The position numbers and the translations under genes are program-made. This document shows, piece after piece, positions 20,323-29,821 of a stretch of 64,000 bases of DNA. How positions within the stretch are numbered: position 1 is the stretch's first letter; every line of letters starts with the position of its first letter. The DNA is taken from positions 1-64,000 of IMG/VR virus record IMGVR_UViG_3300011678_000001; one strand, written 5' to 3'. The notes beneath the pieces were generated by a model. It saw nothing but the letters and a program-made list of their open reading frames with translations. It searched no databases and had not been told where the DNA came from. This DNA is from a virus. Its lineage: Duplodnaviria; Caudoviricetes.

Positions 20323-21120
20323 ATGTTCGATAACACCATCAGCATGTTCCGTCGGGTGATGATCGGCGTAGCGGCTGAGAACAAGAAACTCGGGTCGGAT
20401 CAACTGGTCATTACGTCCCATGAAAAGCTTGGGTTCATCGATGGCGAGATCGTCGATCGGGTAGACGCACTGGAATACGAAACAACCAACAGTGACGGTA
20501 AGGCCGTCGCGGGTACCGCGTTCGTCTCCAACAACATCACGGCCAAATGGCTCCCCAGTACAAACCGCCGGACACCCCCTGACGTGCAACGCGGTGAGTT
20601 CGTCGAGGTGTACCAGTACGGCAGCAATGATGAGTACTTCTGGCGCAGCATGGGCAAGGATGACAAACTCCGAAGACTGGAGACCGTGGTCATTGGGATT
20701 GCAGCCAACCCTAACATGGACCAGGATGGCTTGGACCTGGACAACATGTACTTTCTGGAGGTCAGCAGTCACCAGAAGACCATCACCCTGTCCACCAGTC
20801 AAAAGAACGGCGAGTTCTGCACCTACGACTTCCAGTTTGATCTAGGGAACGGCAAGGTGGTCCTGCAAGACAACTTGGGTAACTTCGGGTTCTTGGACTC
20901 AAAGAACAAACACATCAAGTTGCAGAATCAGTTGGGCACCTACTTTGAACTGAACAAGCAAGACATCAAGGGTTATGCGCCTCGAGACATTAAACTGACG
21001 GCAGTCAACAATGTCGATGTCAAAGCCAAGAAGATCACCTTGGACGGTGGCGGCAGTGTGTTCACCTTACAAGCCGGTGGTACCACACTGAAGACCCCAA
21101 GCTTCAAAGGGAGCAGCTGA
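20323..21120 (+). CDS. Baseplate central spike-like protein
   Basis: N-terminal AKWLP...TPPDVQRGEFVEV, beta-rich C-terminus; stop overlaps the PAAR start. Confidence 0.6.
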   Translation: MFDNTISMFRRVMIGVAAENKKLGSDQLVITSHEKLGFIDGEIVDRVDALEYETTNSDGKAVAGTAFVSNNITAKWLPSTNRRTPPDVQRGEFVEVYQYGSNDEYFWRSMGKDDKLRRLETVVIGIAANPNMDQDGLDLDNMYFLEVSSHQKTITLSTSQKNGEFCTYDFQFDLGNGKVVLQDNLGNFGFLDSKNKHIKLQNQLGTYFELNKQDIKGYAPRDIKLTAVNNVDVKAKKITLDGGGSVFTLQAGGTTLKTPSFKGSS

Positions 21121-21383
21121 TGGGCATTGTATCGTTAGTCGGTGCAGATAGCGCCGGAGCCACCATTGTTGGACCGGGGGCCTCTAACTGGACGTGGAAC
21201 GGGAAACCGCTTTCATTGTTAGGTGACGCCGTAGCAGGCCACGGTAAATCGCCTCACGCCGCACCTACCATTGCCACAGCCAGTCCATGGATGACCATCG
21301 ATGGGATTCCAGTGACACGAGTCGGTTCAGTGGCAACGTGCGGACATGGGACCACAGGTTCCAGTGACATGGACATTCCGTAA
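21120..21383 (+). CDS. PAAR-like spike tip protein
   Basis: NGKPLSLLGDAVAGH...IDGIPVTRVGSVATCGH: PAAR/gp5.4 pattern with metal-binding His/Cys. Confidence 0.85.
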   Translation: MGIVSLVGADSAGATIVGPGASNWTWNGKPLSLLGDAVAGHGKSPHAAPTIATASPWMTIDGIPVTRVGSVATCGHGTTGSSDMDIP

Positions 21384-21420
21384 CGGCATAAAGAGGAGGG
21401 CAGCTGCCCTCCTCCTATGT
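21384..21420. terminator. Bidirectional hairpin (CATA-stem-TATG type)
   Basis: CGGCATAAA-GAGGAGGGCAGCTGCCCTCCTC-CTATGT. Confidence 0.75.
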
Positions 21421-21422
21421 TG

Positions 21423-22679
21423 TCAGCCAATGGTTACAGCACTGTGTGACCACTTGATGAACTCACCCCGGCTAAAGGTTTCAGGTTGATGGGAAACGCG
21501 CTTCTCGTCGACCTTAGGATTCCAGCGGAAGTTGTACGTGTCCATGAAGCGGTGTTGTTGCAGGTTGTTATCGATTCGAATGACCCAGATGCCATTCTCT
21601 TCTTCAGAGAGATATGACGGCAGCAGGCCCAGTTGGGTGCGCAGTGGCCACAAGGGACGTTCGTCAAAGTAGAACCGGCCCGGCAGGTGAGTGCGGGTGG
21701 TATGAACGATGTCGGTGGTCAGATGATCGACTTCAATACCCACGATGAACGATTGGCTCAAGGTAAGCAGCTCAAGCATGCATTCGTTGCTGTAGAAGTT
21801 CTGCAGGTCATAGTCCTTTTCATTGGACGCACTGACTTCATGGAAACGCTCCATGGAACTCTGATCGATCAGGTAACGTGAGACCATATACCGCTCAAGG
21901 AACGGGATGCGCTTCATGTCCACCTTGAGGGCGTTCTTACCAATGACCTTAAGGTCTTGGGTCGCCAGATGCAAGTATCCCCCAATCACCACGCCCATGA
22001 CCTTGTTCGTGGTATCGAACGGCACCTTCAGGTAGAAGGTATCGGCGTACAACTTCGTGGGGTCTGGGTTATAGATCATCTCAGGGGTGATGCTGGCAGT
22101 GTGAACCCGGCCGATGTTCTTGAAACTGATAAGGCCGGTCAGGGCGCGCTCAGTCTTGCGGAACGTAATCCCACCGTCTTTGATGTACACGCCATCACGG
22201 TCCGCATCCAGACGGTGAACAAGACCATTGATGGTGGCCAGGCAGTGCCGTTGCACATCGACGTAATCGGTCTCAGGGCGCGTCAGCCAGATGTCGGTCT
22301 TGTCGTAATCGGTGGCATCGTTAAACGGCGAGCCTTTCGGCACGCAGAGGTCCACTTTGAACCCTGCCTGCCACGCATCTCGAGCCAAAGCGCTGTTCAC
22401 GGTGACCTTAGGAACACCGGTCAGAGTGGGCAGGGTGTTATTGCCGTTCGCGACCAGCCATTCGGCCACGGTGGTGCCTTCCAAGACAGCTGTCAGGATC
22501 GCTGCAGCGTCTGATAACCGCAGGGTCAACTTACCCGCCACACTGGGATGGGTCAGGACCAGATAGGTCTCGGCATAATCTCGCTGGAGAGCCTTGACGC
22601 TCCGCTGACGCACGTCCAATTCCTCATAACGGACATTCGGCAACCGGTGTCTAACCAGCGCGCGTTCGTATTGGTACAT
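21423..22679 (-). CDS. Virion structural protein
   Basis: 418-aa ORF with GGAGAG RBS; structural context. Confidence 0.6.
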   Translation of the reverse strand: MYQYERALVRHRLPNVRYEELDVRQRSVKALQRDYAETYLVLTHPSVAGKLTLRLSDAAAILTAVLEGTTVAEWLVANGNNTLPTLTGVPKVTVNSALARDAWQAGFKVDLCVPKGSPFNDATDYDKTDIWLTRPETDYVDVQRHCLATINGLVHRLDADRDGVYIKDGGITFRKTERALTGLISFKNIGRVHTASITPEMIYNPDPTKLYADTFYLKVPFDTTNKVMGVVIGGYLHLATQDLKVIGKNALKVDMKRIPFLERYMVSRYLIDQSSMERFHEVSASNEKDYDLQNFYSNECMLELLTLSQSFIVGIEVDHLTTDIVHTTRTHLPGRFYFDERPLWPLRTQLGLLPSYLSEEENGIWVIRIDNNLQQHRFMDTYNFRWNPKVDEKRVSHQPETFSRGEFIKWSHSAVTIG

Positions 22680-22819
22680 TTATCGACTCTCCCACGATAA
22701 TGGTATGTCAGTTGTTTGATAATCGGCATTAACCAAGTTTATTTTTCGAAAACGATTCAAGATTCCCGGCTCCGTATATCGGTGCCAGAACCGATGGAGA
22801 TCCCCAACGGAGAGCTACA

Positions 22820-25219
22820 ATGAGTACTGTACTTCCACAATACCCTTTCGATCCGACGGGGCTCGCGGTATCGAACAAGGTGACCGAAACTCAGGCGATT
22901 GAATCGCGTGGGATGTTCGATCACTATTACATCATCCCGCGCAGCGGCCCGTTCTATGCTGAGAGCGTAAGGCTTCGGTTGTATCCGGTTGGCGCTAACG
23001 TCAATAACCCGGCAGGCGGCACCCCTCTTGAAGAAGGTGTGCATTTTAACTTCGGGTACCATTTCGCCCACGCATCACATACCATTGGAAAGCCCGTCTA
23101 CGGGGCGATCTCCTTTTATGACCGGGACTTGGTTGGTCAGCTGCGGATGGAATACCAGAGCCTAGGTGGCGACTGGGTCCTTGACAACCAGAAGATGTCT
23201 GAGTTGCTGTTGAACGTGGCCTACAACCCACGTATCGCAACATGGGAACAGGTTGTTGAACTGCCGCATCAATTCCCGGTGGTCAACCATGACTTCAACA
23301 TCGACGATTTCGTCGGCATGGGTGAAGTGGTCGATACGCTCGAAGACATCACCAAGGCCATCGAAGAGAAAACCGCCGGTGGTCAGGCTGATCACGTCAA
23401 TAATAAGAACAACCCACACGAGGTCACAAAAGACCAAGTCGGGTTGGGCTTGGTGGACAACTTCCCCACAGCCGCCGTTGCCGAAGCCATTGGTGGAACC
23501 GCCAACAACCGGTTCATGACGCCTCTTCGGACCAAGCAGCTGATTGACGCGGTGGCTACGGTCGCCCTCAATGCTCACGTTGCAGATAAGACCAACCCTC
23601 ACGAAGTGACCAAAGCTCAGGTCGGTCTGGGTAACGTGCAGAACTATGCACTGCCTTCTCAAGCGGAAGCGGAAGCTGGGGCCAGTAACGCTCGTTATAT
23701 GACGCCGTTGCGCACCCGTGAAGCCATTGAAGCCATTGTTGGGGTAGCGTTTGCTGCACACGCCAACAACCGGACGAACCCTCACGGGGTGACGAAGGCT
23801 CAAGTAGGTCTGGGTAACGTTCCGAACATTGGTGTTGCTACCGATGCCTCGGCGCTGCAAGGTATTGCCGATGACGGGATCATCACGCCACGTCTGCTTA
23901 GCATGGTGTTGTCTGAAACCGTAGGTGAAGGGGTTACCGATCACATCGCCAATGCGAGCAACCCTCACGGGGTGACGAAGGCGCAGGTTGGATTGGGCAG
24001 TGTGCAGAACTACGGGATTGCCAGTGAGGCTGAAGCCCGTGATGCCACGTCGAACCTCAAGTACATGACGCCGTTGGCCGTTCGGTACGCGGTGGCAGCA
24101 TTGGTTGGTGAAGGCGGCGTGGGTGATCACATCACCAACTTCGAAAACCCACACCACGTCACAGCCGCTCAAGTCGGTACCTACACCGCTGAAGAGTTGG
24201 ACGTCATCCTGGCTGACAAACTCGATGATACAGCTGCGGCGGCCGACGCCCTGGCTATCTTCGGCATGTCGCAAGGTGAAGTTGAAACCTGGATCGGTGG
24301 CCTACGGTCGGGTAACAGCGCCCTGTTCGACGGTAACACCTACGCCCAAGCCAAAGCAGACATCCTGGCCGGTAAGGCAGCCGATTCGGCTAAGCTTGAC
24401 GGGAAGAGCTACGCTGAAATTGCAGCGGCCATTGGCTCGGCAGTAGAAAGCGGTAACTTCCAGCACACCGTCCCACCGATCACCCCGGTGGCCGATGAGA
24501 TGGGTAATATCGGTGAAGCACCTGAGCACTGGCTCAAGATTGGTAAGTACCTGCAGCCGCTGGATTACCAATACGGGGACATGACGCTGCTGATCACCGG
24601 TGGTCGTGACGAGGACTCGGAAACCGAACGGCACCATACCGTACTGTTCGAGATGTCCACCACCAACGACTACCCGATCGATGGCATGGACTACATGCCG
24701 TTGTTGGTTCGCGGGCCGCGGGTCAAGCACATGACGCCTGCGGAAGATCGAATCGAGCTGGGTTACGTCATCACCGACGGTGCGGATGTCACTCGACCAT
24801 TCATTGACATTTACATCCGTACCCGCGGTCAGCGGACAGGGTGGACGGTCACTGAACTGTCGAACAAGTACTTCGTGCCAGAAGTGTTCGGGATCATTGA
24901 TGAGGTTGAAGACCTGATCACCGTGGAACCGGCTGGTATCGTGTACCCGCCTGTCATCACCGACGGCTCAGAAGAGATCAAGGCGCTGCAGACCTTTGCA
25001 GCCCGCACAGACAACCCGCATCAGGTCACCAAGGCCCAAGTCGGACTGGGGTCTGTTCCCAACTACCCAGCGGCGTCTTCTGCTGAAGCATTGAGTGGCA
25101 GTGCCACCAACCGCTTGATGACTCCTGCCACCACTCAAGCCAACGTCAATCAAGCCATTGATGCGCTGTGCAATGAGTTGTCCGGTGTCATCGACACTGC
25201 AATGCCGCTGTTCGCTTAA
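22820..25219 (+). CDS. Tail fibre protein with H..NPH.VTKAQVGLG.V.N repeats
   Basis: Six copies of the repeat; N-terminus YPFDPTG...IIPRSGPFYAES; GGAG RBS. Confidence 0.8.
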   Translation: MSTVLPQYPFDPTGLAVSNKVTETQAIESRGMFDHYYIIPRSGPFYAESVRLRLYPVGANVNNPAGGTPLEEGVHFNFGYHFAHASHTIGKPVYGAISFYDRDLVGQLRMEYQSLGGDWVLDNQKMSELLLNVAYNPRIATWEQVVELPHQFPVVNHDFNIDDFVGMGEVVDTLEDITKAIEEKTAGGQADHVNNKNNPHEVTKDQVGLGLVDNFPTAAVAEAIGGTANNRFMTPLRTKQLIDAVATVALNAHVADKTNPHEVTKAQVGLGNVQNYALPSQAEAEAGASNARYMTPLRTREAIEAIVGVAFAAHANNRTNPHGVTKAQVGLGNVPNIGVATDASALQGIADDGIITPRLLSMVLSETVGEGVTDHIANASNPHGVTKAQVGLGSVQNYGIASEAEARDATSNLKYMTPLAVRYAVAALVGEGGVGDHITNFENPHHVTAAQVGTYTAEELDVILADKLDDTAAAADALAIFGMSQGEVETWIGGLRSGNSALFDGNTYAQAKADILAGKAADSAKLDGKSYAEIAAAIGSAVESGNFQHTVPPITPVADEMGNIGEAPEHWLKIGKYLQPLDYQYGDMTLLITGGRDEDSETERHHTVLFEMSTTNDYPIDGMDYMPLLVRGPRVKHMTPAEDRIELGYVITDGADVTRPFIDIYIRTRGQRTGWTVTELSNKYFVPEVFGIIDEVEDLITVEPAGIVYPPVITDGSEEIKALQTFAARTDNPHQVTKAQVGLGSVPNYPAASSAEALSGSATNRLMTPATTQANVNQAIDALCNELSGVIDTAMPLFA

Positions 25220-25225
25220 GCACTT

Positions 25226-25260
25226 AGCCCACTGCGCTCCGGTGCAGTGGGTTCGTGTTT
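25226..25260 (+). terminator. Stem-loop between the tail fibre genes
   Basis: CCCACTGCGC-TCCG-GTGCAGTGGG then TTCGTGTTT. Confidence 0.55.
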
Positions 25261-25288
25261 GAATTACTTTTGACGATGGAGCAGATCC

Positions 25289-26860
25289 ATGAGTGTACCA
25301 CCAATTATCCAGTATCCGCTTGATCTGGTCGGAACGTCCCCTACGAACAAAATCGTAGGTGAGCGCCGCGAGATCAACACCGGTGCTGAGCGTGTATTCG
25401 TACCTAAAGCAGGTCCGTTCTACACCGAGAGCTTTGTCATCTATAATGACGAGACAGGCGAACCGCTGCGCCCCGTCGACGACTACCTCTTGGTACAACC
25501 TTTCGCACAAGCGGCACTGCGAAGCGGTAAAGATGTTCAATCGGCTATTGTGCTGAAGATCCCTGCCCCGGTGATTGTCCGACTGGATTATCAGGTCGTG
25601 GGCGGTGAGTATTCCTGGAACCTCGGGGCCTTGGCAGATCTGATCGCTGAGCTTAACCTCGATGAGCGGGCGGTCAAGTGGGGGTCGATCATTGGTCGTC
25701 CGATCATGTATCCGGCTGCGCCGCACATCCACGACATCGGTGACACCTACGGTTGGGAATACGTGGTGTGGCAGTTGGAGCGGGTCAGCAACGCCATCCT
25801 GGTGGGTGACGAGGCGTCTCACGAAGAACTGCGTCAGCAGATGCTCTACCTTGATGAACAGCAGCAACTGAAGATCGACGCGGTCGAAGACAAGGTTGTT
25901 GAACACATCGAGGACATGGGTAACCCGCATCAAACCACCAAAGCACAGGTGGGTCTGGGTTCGGTGGATAACTTCCCGACCGCTACGGATGTGGAGGCCA
26001 ACGCGGGCACTGCATTGAACCGTTTCATGGTGCCGGGCACGACCACGGTGCTGGCCAGCCGGATTGCCAACGAAGCAGTCAATGTTCACGAAGCCAAGAA
26101 GACCAACCCGCACGGTGTGACCAAAGCGCAAGTGGGTTTGGGGAACGTCGACAACTTCCTGACGGCTACCCAAGCACAAGGCGAATCGTCCACCGTCAAC
26201 GACAAGTTCATGACGCCGCTTCGGACGTACCAAGCAATCATGGTCCATGCCGGTACACTGTTGAACACGCACGTGAACAACAAGAACAACCCGCATGAAG
26301 TCACTAAGGCACAAGTAGGCCTTGGGTCGGTGGATAACTTCCAAACCGCCAGTCGTACTGAAGCGGTCGAAGGCACTTCCAATGCACGCTTCATGACCCC
26401 GCTGCGGACCAAAGAAGCGATTGATGCCATTGCCGGTAACCTGCTGAATGCTCACGTTCAAAACCTGAGCAATCCACACCAGGTGACCAAGGCGCAGGTA
26501 GGGCTCAGCGTTATTCCGAACTCTATCACCCGTAGCCGGACGTCTAACACAGACGCGTCGCTGCTGACAGCAGGCGGAATGTATGATCACGTCAACTCGG
26601 CTGACCATGACAACCGCTATGTACGCCTGAATACGACCACCAACACCAGTCTGCGGATCGTGAGCAACAAACTGCAGTGCTACATCAGTGGTGCTTGGCG
26701 TCAAATCTGGCCCGCGACCTGGACCGGACATGCGGCTGAAGGCGCAGCGGACCCATCGAACACCGGGCAAGAGATTCAGCTGCTGGTAGCCGGGGGTCGT
26801 CTGTATGCAACCGTGGCTGGCGCTTGGCAACAGGTATGGCCGGCGCAGTGGACGGATTAA
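25289..26860 (+). CDS. Tail fibre protein, paralogue of the previous gene
   Basis: Homologous N-terminus (YPLDLVG...FVPKAGPFYTES), four NPH-VTKAQVGL repeats, duplicated Trp-rich C-terminal motif. Confidence 0.8.
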   Translation: MSVPPIIQYPLDLVGTSPTNKIVGERREINTGAERVFVPKAGPFYTESFVIYNDETGEPLRPVDDYLLVQPFAQAALRSGKDVQSAIVLKIPAPVIVRLDYQVVGGEYSWNLGALADLIAELNLDERAVKWGSIIGRPIMYPAAPHIHDIGDTYGWEYVVWQLERVSNAILVGDEASHEELRQQMLYLDEQQQLKIDAVEDKVVEHIEDMGNPHQTTKAQVGLGSVDNFPTATDVEANAGTALNRFMVPGTTTVLASRIANEAVNVHEAKKTNPHGVTKAQVGLGNVDNFLTATQAQGESSTVNDKFMTPLRTYQAIMVHAGTLLNTHVNNKNNPHEVTKAQVGLGSVDNFQTASRTEAVEGTSNARFMTPLRTKEAIDAIAGNLLNAHVQNLSNPHQVTKAQVGLSVIPNSITRSRTSNTDASLLTAGGMYDHVNSADHDNRYVRLNTTTNTSLRIVSNKLQCYISGAWRQIWPATWTGHAAEGAADPSNTGQEIQLLVAGGRLYATVAGAWQQVWPAQWTD

Positions 26861-26900
26861 TTGCAGACATTTTATAACTAACAGTCAAGGGGCTTTTCAG

Positions 26901-27410
26901 ATGTTACAGAAAATCGATTTTCAGTTCCAAGGCATTACCGAAGAACTGCTGATGGTGGACGAGTTTCTGTCAAGCCCCCACCCTTACGAACAAGGGCTGG
27001 TCAAGTACGTGTACAAGGATGCCTCCTTTGGGCTTAACAGCCCCATGGAGTATCTGGAGCACTGCGATGACAAGCCCATCAAGGTTGAAGGCTATGAACG
27101 CCTGAATGCCACGATGTTCCGCGAGTGTCAACGGCTGGCAGACTACTTTGGCCACATCGGCTACGTGTCCTGTCACCTGTTCATCTCGCCTAAGGGTTCA
27201 TCCAGTTTCTCGATGCACACCGATCCAGATGACGTGGTGGTCCATGTCATCACCGGTGGCAAAGATTTCGAATCCATCGGTCAACGTGAGTCGCTTAAGG
27301 CAGGCGAAGTCCTGTACATCCCGCGCAACCACCCACACCGTGCCATCAACACTGACAGTTCCCTCATGCTGAGTTTTGGCTTGGAGCTGTTCCTGGAGCA
27401 AAAGCTTTGA
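26901..27410 (+). CDS. JmjC/cupin-type Fe(II)/2OG oxygenase
   Basis: HTDPDDV (HxD)...GGK...LKAGEVLYIPRNHPHRA. Start ATG 26901. Confidence 0.8.
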   Translation: MLQKIDFQFQGITEELLMVDEFLSSPHPYEQGLVKYVYKDASFGLNSPMEYLEHCDDKPIKVEGYERLNATMFRECQRLADYFGHIGYVSCHLFISPKGSSSFSMHTDPDDVVVHVITGGKDFESIGQRESLKAGEVLYIPRNHPHRAINTDSSLMLSFGLELFLEQKL

Positions 27411-27412
27411 GC

Positions 27413-28447
27413 ATGAACAAAACCATCTACGTCAAAACCACCGGGACCTGTAACCTGGATTGTCATCACTGCTTCACCAATGGCAAGAACGGGGACAAGA
27501 CCCAGTTCGACCCAGACGAGACAGCCGAGTGGGTCCGGTCGTTCATGGCCAAATACCCCAAGGACACCCACTACCACATGGAGTTCCATGGTGGCGAGCC
27601 TTTCTTGGTACCGGTGGAAAAGCTCAAACGCTATGCGGATCAGTTCATCGATCATCCGCATGTGACCATGTGTGCCAACAGCAACCTGACCTTCAAGTTG
27701 ACCGACGCGCACATTGCGTTCATTCAGGATTACTTTGGCGGTTTCATTGGGACCAGTTGGGACCATTGGATTCGTTGGGGTAACGACAAGCAGTTCCAGT
27801 TGTGGAAACGCAATCTGGAAACGTTGAAGAGTCATGATGTGGGGATTGCCCTCAAGGTGTCGGTGAGTCGGCAACTGTTGACCATGACGCCTGACTGGTT
27901 CTTGGACCAGATGGAAAGCCTGGCCGTGGACGAAGTGTCCTTGGAACGGTTGACCATGGACGGCAGTGCGCAATGTAACGTGGGCATCTTCCCGGACAAT
28001 GAAGAACAGGACAACTGGTACCTGGCGCTCTATCACCGTTATAAAGCCCGCAATGGGCGGGTGAAGATCAAGACGCTGGACATCATTGAGGAGAAGCTTA
28101 AGACCAACCGAGTCAAGGTCGACACCAACTGCCGCAACTGTGAGCAGAACCTGGTGACGATCAACTCGGACGGTTCGCTCTCCGGCTGCCCGAACGCGGC
28201 AGCTTCTCTGCACCATGCCCGTCTTGAAGACGGTGTGGATGCATTCTTGACCTCAGAAGGGTTGCTCAAGGAAATCACCGAAGAGCTGACCTGGAATGAT
28301 CCCTGTCTTTCGTGCGATGTGTTCGACCTGTGTGGTGGCGATTGCCATCGACTGCCTTGGCAGAATGGACGCTGTGGGGGTCTGAAGAACACCCTGCGTT
28401 ACCTGTCTGGTCGTAATCAGCAATCCAATTTGATTTTAAAGGTGTAA
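27413..28447 (+). CDS. Radical SAM protein 1 with SPASM-like C-terminus
   Basis: CNLDCHHC, FHGGEP, C-terminal CRNC..GCPN..CLSCDVFDLCGGDC..RC. Confidence 0.9.
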   Translation: MNKTIYVKTTGTCNLDCHHCFTNGKNGDKTQFDPDETAEWVRSFMAKYPKDTHYHMEFHGGEPFLVPVEKLKRYADQFIDHPHVTMCANSNLTFKLTDAHIAFIQDYFGGFIGTSWDHWIRWGNDKQFQLWKRNLETLKSHDVGIALKVSVSRQLLTMTPDWFLDQMESLAVDEVSLERLTMDGSAQCNVGIFPDNEEQDNWYLALYHRYKARNGRVKIKTLDIIEEKLKTNRVKVDTNCRNCEQNLVTINSDGSLSGCPNAAASLHHARLEDGVDAFLTSEGLLKEITEELTWNDPCLSCDVFDLCGGDCHRLPWQNGRCGGLKNTLRYLSGRNQQSNLILKV

Positions 28448-28448
28448 C

Positions 28449-29000
28449 ATGACTGAACAGATTACCCGTCAACGGTTGGCCAACGAAGGCAACTGGCGTA
28501 TTCGGGATCGCTGTAACAGCGGTATCAGTTGGGGAACCAACAACTATCCAGCCAACTCTGATCCGGGTTGGTTTGGCGGCACCACCGGCGGCTTTGGTCA
28601 CACGCTCAGCCGAGGCAATTTCGCGGCCGGTGAACCCAATGTAGCCCAGACAGTGGCGGCTCTGAGAGCCTTTGCCAACAACTGGGGTGGTGTTCGTCTC
28701 ACGCGCATCCTGATTTACCGGACCAAGTCCGGCTACTCCAGCGGTAACGGTGACATCCTGGAATACGATGGGACCGCCGTGGCAAACACCGCGTACGGTG
28801 TCGGTAACTTTGCAGCGTCAGCGGCGATGTCGACCATGCGCGATGGCGTGGACATGGATCTGGCCGGTCTTCAGACCGCTCTGGACGATCTGTGGAACAC
28901 CTACGTTGCCTATGCCCGTAACAACACAGCCACCCTGTCCCGCGTCATCTGCCACACCAGCTGCCACAGTAACTGTCACTGCGCCCGCGGTCGGCGGTAA
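28449..29000 (+). CDS. Candidate substrate/precursor protein with C-terminal CHxx repeats
   Basis: 183 aa, Gly/Asn/Ala-rich, ends VICHTSCHSNCHCARGRR; starts 1 nt after the rSAM1 stop. Confidence 0.7.
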   Translation: MTEQITRQRLANEGNWRIRDRCNSGISWGTNNYPANSDPGWFGGTTGGFGHTLSRGNFAAGEPNVAQTVAALRAFANNWGGVRLTRILIYRTKSGYSSGNGDILEYDGTAVANTAYGVGNFAASAAMSTMRDGVDMDLAGLQTALDDLWNTYVAYARNNTATLSRVICHTSCHSNCHCARGRR

Positions 29001-29024
29001 CACCCATGACCTGTCATGCAACCA

Positions 29025-29046
29025 GGAGCTGGCGTGCGCCAGCTCC
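29025..29046 (+). other. Strong hairpin downstream of the candidate precursor gene
   Basis: GGAGCTGGC-GTGC-GCCAGCTCC with no U tract. Confidence 0.6.
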
Positions 29047-29065
29047 ATCAACCGAGAGCCTCACC

Positions 29066-29821
29066 ATGAGCGAACAGCCAATCGCCCCCATTCAGATTCG
29101 TACCACTGCGCCGATTCCGGCTGCAGACCTCAAGCGTAAGTTCACAGAAGACATCCAGTTTGTCATCGACGTTGATAACAGTCGACTGAAGGGTCGGGCC
29201 TTTCTGACCTACCTGTCGAACCTGAACATCAACTGCAAGTTGGAGTTCCAGTCAAACGATGCATTGTTTGCCCTGCTGGGTGAATACTTGGCATCGACGC
29301 TGCTGGTCAAGGTACCGGATTTGGAAGACCTGGCCATGAACGTGATGTTGGCCGCTTCAGGCCGTCAGCATGTGTTGGCGTTCGATCCGTCTGAGTTCAT
29401 CGATACCCACGCCGATGCCATTAACACCTGGCTCAAGCGTCTGTGCTCCCTCCCGTTGTTTGCCCTGTACTGCCAACCACAGTTCAAGGAGGAGATCGAG
29501 CAGAGCTTCCCAGAAGACACTGATGAATCCACGGTGGGGATCAACTTCGTTCGGTTGATCGAGCATGACTTCTTCCCGTTGATGATGGCGGGGATTGATG
29601 AGTCAGAGTACAGCTGGAACAAGACCTTCTTCAACGAATACATCTTCGCCGGTGACAACCTGTTCAAGTTCTTTGCGAGCATGAACAATCCCTTCTTTGT
29701 AGGGATCTTGGGCAGCCAGTGCCCGGATGAATTCCAAGCCATCCTGCCGCCGATGCAAAGCGTGCTGGAAAAGACTTCCCTGATCGTGAAGGAAATCGAA
29801 CATGTATCATCTTCGCAGTAA
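29066..29821 (+). CDS. Hypothetical protein in the rSAM cluster
   Basis: 251-aa ORF from ATG 29066 (MSEQPIAP); overlaps the next gene. Confidence 0.7.
   Translation: MSEQPIAPIQIRTTAPIPAADLKRKFTEDIQFVIDVDNSRLKGRAFLTYLSNLNINCKLEFQSNDALFALLGEYLASTLLVKVPDLEDLAMNVMLAASGRQHVLAFDPSEFIDTHADAINTWLKRLCSLPLFALYCQPQFKEEIEQSFPEDTDESTVGINFVRLIEHDFFPLMMAGIDESEYSWNKTFFNEYIFAGDNLFKFFASMNNPFFVGILGSQCPDEFQAILPPMQSVLEKTSLIVKEIEHVSSSQ

Noticed and set aside
24968-26830. 620-aa minus-strand ORF, and similar long antisense ORFs such as 23162..24274, 33550..34641, 9708..10973 and 48271..49254
   Set aside because: Shadow frames of strongly codon-biased real genes; no RBS or recognisable motifs.
29006-29065. Upstream extension MTCHATRSW... 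of the 29066 gene echoing the CH motif
   Set aside because: Runs through the GC hairpin and has no clear RBS; probably coincidental.
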